Shown: one piece after another, positions 56,186-64,000 of the stretch
Numbering within the stretch: the first letter of the stretch is position 1
How the letters are laid out: the number at the start of each line of letters is the position of its first letter
Origin: the human T2T-CHM13v2.0 reference genome, Homo sapiens
Length of the DNA stretch: 64,000 nucleotides
Strand: one strand, 5' to 3'
NCBI RefSeq assembly: GCF_009914755.1
Contig: NC_060931.1
Notes under the pieces: generated by a model
What the model saw: only the letters and a program-made list of their open reading frames with translations
The model's database searches: none
What the model was told of the DNA's origin: nothing
Program-made: the position numbers and the translations under genes

Positions 56186-56324
56186 GAAGCCTTTGACGTA
56201 CTGGGCTTCAGCGCCGAGGAGAAGATGGCCGTGTATAAGCTGACGGGAGGTATCATGCACTTTGGGAACATGAAGTTCAAGCAGAAGCCCAGAGACGAGC
56301 AAGCTGAAGTGGACACCACTGAGG
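56186..56324 (+). CDS. MYH16: MYH16 coding exon 10 (139 nt)
   Basis: [46 protein letters not shown]; AG/GT boundaries. Confidence 0.95.
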
Positions 56325-56705
56325 GTGGGTGCTGGGGCTTGGGCTGCTCAGGGACAAGGTGGCCAGTGCAGGGAGTTCCCTGCTTTCCAGGGCTTTGTGA
56401 CCATTTCAGGGACATGCCAGGTCTATGTGGCTGCAAACCATGCATGTTCAGACATTGATATTTTCAGAAAGGCACAATTGAGTCAAGACATGATTTTGGC
56501 TTTTTGTTGTCGTTGTTGTTTTCATTTGTATTTATTTTTTGAGACAGGGTCTTGGTTTGTTGCCTAGGTGGGAGCGCAGTGGTGCAGTCATGCAATCATG
56601 GCTCACTGCAGCCTCAACCTTGTAGGCTCAAATGATCCTCCTGCCTCAAACCTTCTCAGTAGCTGGGACTACAGTGCACGCCACCACGCCTGGCTAATTT
56701 TTTAA

Positions 56706-56852
<147 letters not shown>

Positions 56853-57005
56853 TAGAAACTACATCTTTGTTTTCTCATTGGCAAAATGGGATCTCCTCCA
56901 CCCTCCCTTTCACCCGCTCCGTGAACCACAATAGATGTTGCCAGGTTTCTCCCAGGCATGGCAACATCTTCCTTGCACTCACCTGCCTTTTTTGTCTCTA
57001 CTCAG

Positions 57006-57274
57006 TGGCTGACAAAGTCGCCCATCTCATGGGTCTCAACTCTGGTGAACTGCAGAAAGGCATTACCAGGCCCCGAGTCAAAGTTGGCAATGAGTTTGTG
57101 CAAAAAGGCCAGAACATGGAACAGTGCCAAAACTCCATTGGGGCTCTGGGCAAGGCTGTCTATGACAAGATGTTCAAGTGGTTGGTGGCCAGGATTAACA
57201 AGACCTTGGACACCAAGATGCAGAGGCAGTTCTTCATTGGAGTGCTGGACATCGCTGGCTTTGAGATCTTTGAG
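57006..57274 (+). CDS. MYH16: MYH16 coding exon 11 (269 nt), cardiomyopathy loop and switch II
   Basis: (V)[35 protein letters not shown]...[15 protein letters not shown]; DIAGFE at 57248-57265. Confidence 0.95.
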
Positions 57275-57502
57275 GTGTGCCTGGCCTTGCATTTGGTTTT
57301 TGCTTTGGGGTGGCTGTCCTCCTTATATAAGCTACTTTTTTGCTTATATAAGTTATAAAGTTCTCTTGTTTCTCACCTTGGACCTGGGGCAGACCAATCT
57401 CGGTTTGCCACTGGATCTCTGACTTTTGGACTCCAGAAATTTCCAGCTTCATTTGTATGGTGCCAAGTCATAAAGAATGGTGTGAACTTTAAGGATGGGA
57501 TG

Positions 57503-57694
57503 AGTGGTGTGCTGAAGCCAGCCTGTACTGGCTAACAAGAGCTGATTGTGAAATTTTCAGGAATTTTGTGAGCCAGTTGACATCATGTTGATAGCTTGAA
57601 ATTAGCCATGGCTTGAATATTTACACCATGGACATTGGCAAACACTATAAATCGGGTTTGGTTTTAAGAAGAGCTGATCAATCAGCTCACCACT
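57503..57694 (+). mobile_element. MER63A-like hAT-Blackjack element
   Basis: agtggtgtgctgaagccagcctgtactggct...aaattttcaggaattttgtgagccagttg...cagctcaccact with terminal inverted repeats. Confidence 0.7.
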
Positions 57695-57720
57695 AAAAAA
57701 AAAAAAGCTTGTAAACCCCT

Positions 57721-58057
57721 TGTATTAGTCCATTTTCAAACTGCTATAAAAAACTACCTGAGACTGGGTAATTTATAAAGAAAAGAGGCTTAATTGACTG
57801 ACAATTCTGCATGGCTGGGGAGGCCTCAGGAAACTTACGATCATGGTGAAAGGCAAAGGGGAAGCGGGCACATCTTACATGGTGGCAGGAGAAAGAGAGC
57901 AAGGGGGGAGGTGCCAAATACTTTTAAACCATCAGATCTCCTGTGAACTCCCTTGCTATCATGAGAACAGCATGAAGGAAATCTGACCCTATGATCCAAT
58001 GTGGGGATTACAATTGGAGATGAGATTTGGGTGGGGACATACAGCCAAACCATGTCA
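57721..58057 (-). mobile_element. Solo MaLR LTR (MST/THE1 family)
   Basis: TG...CA termini, typical MST/THE1 motifs (gagactgggtaatttataaagaaaagagg; gagatttgggtggggaca), 5-bp TSD cccct on both sides. Confidence 0.85.
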
Positions 58058-58188
58058 CCCCTTAAACTCCTTCATCTTACAGATGAGGAGAAAAATTACA
58101 GAGAAAGAGACAAACTGCCCTCAGGCATACGGGGGTCAGATCCATAGAGCATTTCGAGTGATTTCCATCCCTGGAAAGAAAATGGTTA

Positions 58189-58521
<333 letters not shown>

Positions 58522-58574
58522 TAGTAGAGATGGGGTTTTACCATGATGACCAGGCTGGAGACCTCATCTCTTTA

Positions 58575-58755
58575 ATATATATGTGTGTGTATATATATAT
58601 ATGTGTGTGTGTGTGTATATATATATTATACATATATACATACATATTATATATACATATATACACGTATATTGTATGTATATATTATATATATGTATGT
58701 ATGTGTATATATTATATATATATGTATGTATGTGTGTATATATATATATATATAT
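58575..58755 (+). repeat. (TA)n/(TG)n/(TATG)n low-complexity repeat
   Basis: AT-rich dinucleotide tract; source of Tyr/Ile-rich ORFs. Confidence 0.9.
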
Positions 58756-58942
58756 TTCTGTTTACCATACAGGGCTGAAGTCTGGTTGCCTGGACTTTGG
58801 GTCTGAACATCATACTGTGTGGCCCGAGGCATGTGTTAAACCACTTTGTGCCTCTGCCTCTGTAGGGGAGGGAACAGAGAGCTACTTCTCATAGGGTGCT
58901 GAATGGCCAGTGTTAGGCACTTAGGGCAGTGCCTGACACTAG

Positions 58943-59383
<441 letters not shown>

Positions 59384-59843
59384 TGACTGCAATGACTACT
59401 GTTTGTTGGGCTATTGCATGCCACCATTCACTGGATCATCACAACCTACTGCATGTGGGGGAGGGGATACTTTTATTACACCCATTTCACAGATGGGAAC
59501 ATTGAGGCACAGAGATGGGAACATTGAGGCACAGAGAAGGGAACTTCCTTGTCCAATGTCCCACAACCTGTGAGTGGCAGAGTCACGCTCTGACCCAGGC
59601 AATATAATAGTTTTACCTATAACCACATCCACATGGAAGGTTTTAGCAAATGGTCCCCTTCAAGAATGTGTGTTGTGGCCAGGCATGGTGGTTCACACCT
59701 GTAATCCCAGCAATTTGGGAGGCTGAGGTGGGTGGATCACCTGAGGTCAGGAGTTTTGAGACCAGCCTGGCCAACATGGTGAAACCTCATCTCTAATACA
59801 AAAATTAGCCAGGTGTGGTGGCGGGCACCTGTAATCCCAGCTA

Positions 59844-59951
<108 letters not shown>

Positions 59952-60340
59952 TCAAAATAAACAAATTAAATTAAAAAAAAAAAGCAGAGAGCACAGGTGG
60001 CATTGACTTCCCCATTTTTCAGAAGGCCAAGCTTGCCAGGGGCCACTGTTTAGGTGGGATTAGCATTTGGGGAGCTATCTGGCCCCTTCAGATCTCAGTC
60101 TTCCCTTCTGTTGGACTCGATGATTTCAGCCTCTTTCAAGTCTTAATGGCCATGGTGTTTGATGACAAGGTCATGGAGCACCAGGCACTGTTCCCAGATG
60201 TCACTGCACAGAGTCCTGCTTCCTGGATGCCCACGTGGGTGTCTGGTGCATCTCTACACTGGCCCTGGGCTCAGTACCAGTTTGTCCTCTTTTGGGTCCT
60301 GCCACCTCCTCTAACATCACCCTGTTCTCTTCCTTCCCAG

Positions 60341-60520
60341 CCCATGGGCATCTTCTCCATCTTGGAGGAACAGTGCGTCTTCCCCAAAGCCACCGATGCC
60401 ACGTTCAAGGCAGCCCTGTACGACAACCACCTGGGCAAGTCCAGCAACTTCCTGAAGCCCAAGGGGGGCAAGAGCAAGGGGCCCGAGGTCCACTTCGAGC
60501 TGGTTCACTACGCAGGCACC
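60341..60520 (+). CDS. MYH16: MYH16 coding exon 13 (180 nt)
   Basis: [60 protein letters not shown]; gtgagt donor. Confidence 0.95.
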
Positions 60521-62220
60521 GTGAGTACTGGCCTCAGGGTCCCTCTGTGTTTCAGGTCCCAGCTGGCTGCCATCACTGCCGCTGTTGTAGGTACATGCTG
60601 ACACACCCCTCCAGAGACGTCCCGCTTCCACTAGTGCACAACCATGGTATAACAGGGTAATCAGCCAATTGAAGTGAGCTCCGCTCACACTTCCTCATCA
60701 CTTCTCCAAGGGAAATATCCATTAGGGAACAGCCATCAGACCTGTCCAGGCCACACCCTGCCCAGGCCCATCAGACCTGTCTGGGCCCTTGGTTTGACAG
60801 CTGAACTTCAGTCTTGGCCAGAAATGACAACATTTGCGAAAAGAACAAAAAAGAACAAACAACAAAAATTCCACGAGCCCATTAATTACTCCCAACTGAT
60901 AACCTGGCTCTCTGACAGCTCATAGCCACCAAACCAACAAGGTGACATATATAAAGTGGCTTTTTCACTCATGACAAACTTAGTCCTTGGGAAGTGGGGA
61001 AATTAAGTGCAGCCAGGACTCAGGTTGCATTTGCATAATTAATAGGGGAGGTGACGTTCATCCTGCCAGCTTATAAGAATGCATTTTGTTTCCTTGGGAT
61101 TTTATTATCGCTGTAAGTGCCAATGCTCCTGTTACCAATGGAGGTTGCTGAGCCTCTGTGGGTTTGACTGCCATGAAACAGCAGCCTTAAGACAGAGCTG
61201 TCAGGAAAGTCATGATGGCATTGGGCATCAGGGCCAAGGCTTTATGATACCATCAACCATAACCATAATGCCAATTGCTTGTAAAATGGATGTGGCCGAT
61301 ACTTGGAGCAAACAGCAGGCTTGGGACCAAATTGCAGCTCTCCATCCCCTCTTCCCACACTGAACTGAGAAGAGTTCCTTATTTATAGCAATGGAATATT
61401 CAAAGTCAAGTGGCACCTGTGCATTTCCAAGAAGGCCCTAAAATAAGGCAGAGATGACAAATGTCTTTGTGCTGCACAGGAGATGGCAAACCCAGAAGTT
61501 CTGGCATCTCCTCTACTTACCTCACTTCTCTGTGCTCAGTGGAGGGACCTGAAAGACTCCTTCCTCCTTACCCTTGCCATGGGGACCATGTGGCAAGATG
61601 GGAAGCAGAAATTAGTGGATGTCCAAATACCTGGATATATGGAGCCCCCAGTGCTGGATGGATGGAGCCCCCTTTCCATCAGCCAATGACCCTACAGTGA
61701 TGTAAGACAGTGTGCATGCTCCCCTAGCAAGGAGAGACCCTACAGTGTTTCAAGAGGGGCTGCATGCTTCCCAGCAAAGAGATTTCTTCACGTAGCTCGG
61801 GATTCTACAGCCACGGTCAGTCACAGACAGCAAACCACTGGGCAGAAGAAGACCCAAGGGTCAGGGAGGGTCAGCGTGGCCAGCAGAGTAAGCTGTGCAA
61901 GAGAAGGTCACACAGCCCAGGAGAGAGTAGCAGGGGAGTCTGGGTTTATGTGCAAAGCTCAGAGTTGGCGTATCCTAGATGGGCAAACTGCAAATGCCCA
62001 AGAAGGCAGATGATGGAGCCTCCAACTCAGATGGGGCTTCAGGGGCATCCCAGGACACCAGGAGAGTCATGAGGACAAGAACTGGAGCCCCAGGATGTGG
62101 GGGTGAAAGTTGGTCCTGGGAGCTGAGAACAGGAGAGAGCTGTAGGAGGGGCTCTAGCTGTGGCACCTGAAAGGGAGAGGCTGAACCTCAAAGTTACCCA
62201 CTGGCGTTTGCCCTCTCCAG

Positions 62221-62347
62221 GTGGGATATAACATCACAGGCTGGCTGGAGAAGAACAAAGACCCCCTGAATGAAACAGTGGTGGGCTTGTTCCAGAAATC
62301 GAGTGTGGCAATCCTGGCCCTTCTCTTCAAAGAAGAGGAGGCTCCAG
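62221..62347 (+). CDS. MYH16: MYH16 coding exon 14 (127 nt)
   Basis: [42 protein letters not shown]; ctctccag acceptor, gtaggg donor; not in the ORF track in this frame. Confidence 0.94.
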
Positions 62348-63136
62348 GTAGGGCTGACCCCTTGTTGTGTCCAGTATCCCTGTGCTGATGCCCTTTAGTG
62401 GCCAAAATGGAAAGAAGAAACCAAAACTCTTTGATTCAACTCTTGTGGAATAAGTGAGTGAGTAAGTGAGTGAACCGATGGATGAATGAATGAATGAAAA
62501 GTGGCTTGAGATAGGCCATGGATGATACTGCAAAAGAGGCAAGCAGAGGCAACATGGGAGCTTCCAATGACTGAACTGATTGCTGGGCACATCTTGCCTC
62601 TAGGTGGATGGATACTGCTTTGGAAAAGTTGACACCCAGATGTTCTATGTTTCTTTTCTGTTTCCCTCTCTCTTGTCAGAAGCAAATGCCAAGCTCAGTC
62701 CTGCCTCTCTTCCAATAGAGGTCATGTGGCTCATAGAGGAATGCTCTGGTGGATGCTGCCCCATAGGGTTGCCAATTAGTGGGGCCAGAAACACCAGTCT
62801 CCCTGGTCTCACCACCAAAGTGCACCTTCTCCCATGGTCTATGGGTGCTTCTTCCTCCCCAGAAAATGGGAGCAGTTTGTCACCTTGCATCAGAAATCAC
62901 AAAAGACTGCACCCTCCCAAGGAGCACAGCAACTCTTTTGAGAATTACGCTGTAGCCAGCCCGTTTGATCACTCCCCGGTAGATCTCATTTTCCTCACAT
63001 GAGGGTCCCCCTTATCCAGCCCTAAGATAAGCCTTTTTAAATCCAAAGAATGTGTGTGCTTTGCTGCAGAGTGCTTAATGGGGCTGCCTTTCTCCATACT
63101 GGGTACTGATGTGAAACGTGCTTGTCCCTTCCTCAG

Positions 63137-63195
63137 CCGGAAGCAAGAAGCAGAAGAGAGGCTCCTCCTTCATGACAGTCTCCAATTTCTACAGG
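63137..63195 (+). CDS. MYH16: MYH16 coding exon 15 (59 nt), loop 2
   Basis: (A)GSKKQKRGSSFMTVSNFYR; AG/GTGAGC boundaries. Confidence 0.93.
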
Positions 63196-63787
63196 GTGAG
63201 CAGGGGTGCCCCCAACCCTCCCTTTCAATGTTGGGTAGTCTGGCTGCTGCTTCATGGCCAGGGGCAGGATGATTTCATTTTTCTGTCTATGATCGCCTCT
63301 TTACCTGGAGGGGTCTGTTTCCTTCTGAAGAGGCCACAGAATCATAGGATCATTGGGCAGAAGAGACCCATTTTTGGATTTAAACCTGGAGAGTAAAGGG
63401 ATTTGTGCAGCGTGATCACGCGAGATAGCAATGCCCAAGAGCTTGTGTCCTAGAGTTGGCTGGCAGGTCTTGGGCTGGCCACAACTTCCATGAAGTTTGG
63501 GCATTACCTTCCAAAGTGCAGTCTACAAGGAGATGTTGCACAAAGGAAGATGTCAACACTTTTCAAGAATCAGGCTGTCCCAAGGCAGAGTGGGTCACCT
63601 CATTGGAGATATCCAAGCAGAGGAGGAGGGAGCATCCATTAGGGAAGCTAACAGTGGACAGGGCTTTGCCCACACAGACCCTATGGTTCCTCCTAGTACT
63701 GAGATTCTACAACGACCCAGCTCTGAATCTGGAGGGGCCCCACTTCTTGCAAACCACGGCCCCTTGAGCAAGTCATTGGACCTTGAG

Positions 63788-63915
63788 AGCAGTGCTGCCC
63801 AATGGCACTTTCTGCAATGATGAAACGTTCTCTTCTGCACTGCCCAATACGGTAGCCGCTAACCACATGTGGCTGAGTTTTAATTCAGTTTTAAGTGAAT
63901 AAACTTTAAACAAAT
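63788..63915. mobile_element. MER3-like hAT-Charlie fragment
   Basis: agcagtgctgcccaat...ttctgcaatgatgaaa...ggtagccgctaaccacatgtggct resembles the recalled MER3 consensus. Confidence 0.55.
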
Positions 63916-63990
63916 ACCTCTCCTGCATGTGGGTGTCCTGCAACATCAATGCAAAGTTTCACTCACTTGTTCTTTGTCCTCCAACCCCAG

Positions 63991-64000
63991 GAGCAGCTGA
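63991..64000 (+). CDS. MYH16: Start of MYH16 coding exon 16 ('exon 18'), truncated by the window end
   Basis: Polypyrimidine tract plus cccag acceptor, then GAG CAG CTG A (EQL), matching the myosin E(N/Q)LNKLM helix; codon 648 by cumulative count. Confidence 0.85.

Noticed and set aside
59491-59534. Perfect 22-bp tandem duplication (agatgggaacattgaggcacag x2)
   Set aside because: A simple slippage duplication inside a MIR-like fragment, with no sign of function.
63998-64000. Apparent TGA stop at the end of the window
   Set aside because: Out of frame: the exon reads GAG CAG CTG A.., so this is not the MYH16 lesion.

Overview
This is Alu-saturated primate genomic DNA, most likely human 7q22.1, not microbial sequence. 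It holds the 5' ends of two divergently oriented genes. On the minus strand near the left edge is the first coding exon of KPNA7 (importin alpha-8, MPTLDAPEERRRKFKYRGKDVS, 606-671). On the plus strand is the 5' half of MYH16, the masticatory ('superfast') sarcomeric myosin heavy chain that is a unitary pseudogene in humans. I could assemble a candidate TATA promoter and short non-coding exon (~31730-31787) and 15 complete GT-AG coding exons (37712-63195). These splice into an uninterrupted 647-codon myosin motor-domain frame. A 16th coding exon starts at 63991 (codon 648), so the known human codon-660 frameshift is predicted to fall about 27 nt beyond the window and cannot be seen here. The rest is transposon and repeat derived: dozens of Alus, old L1/L2/MIR/DNA-transposon fragments, an MST LTR, a Y1 RNA retrocopy and several large simple repeats. 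The most unusual structures are a twin-primed, 5'-inverted L1PA2-type insertion, a fold-back templated 50-bp insertion inside an Alu, an old inverted local duplication and a Tigger-derived ~70-nt hairpin. Nearly all ORF-track entries are Alu or microsatellite artefacts. I found no convincing wholly new gene system.
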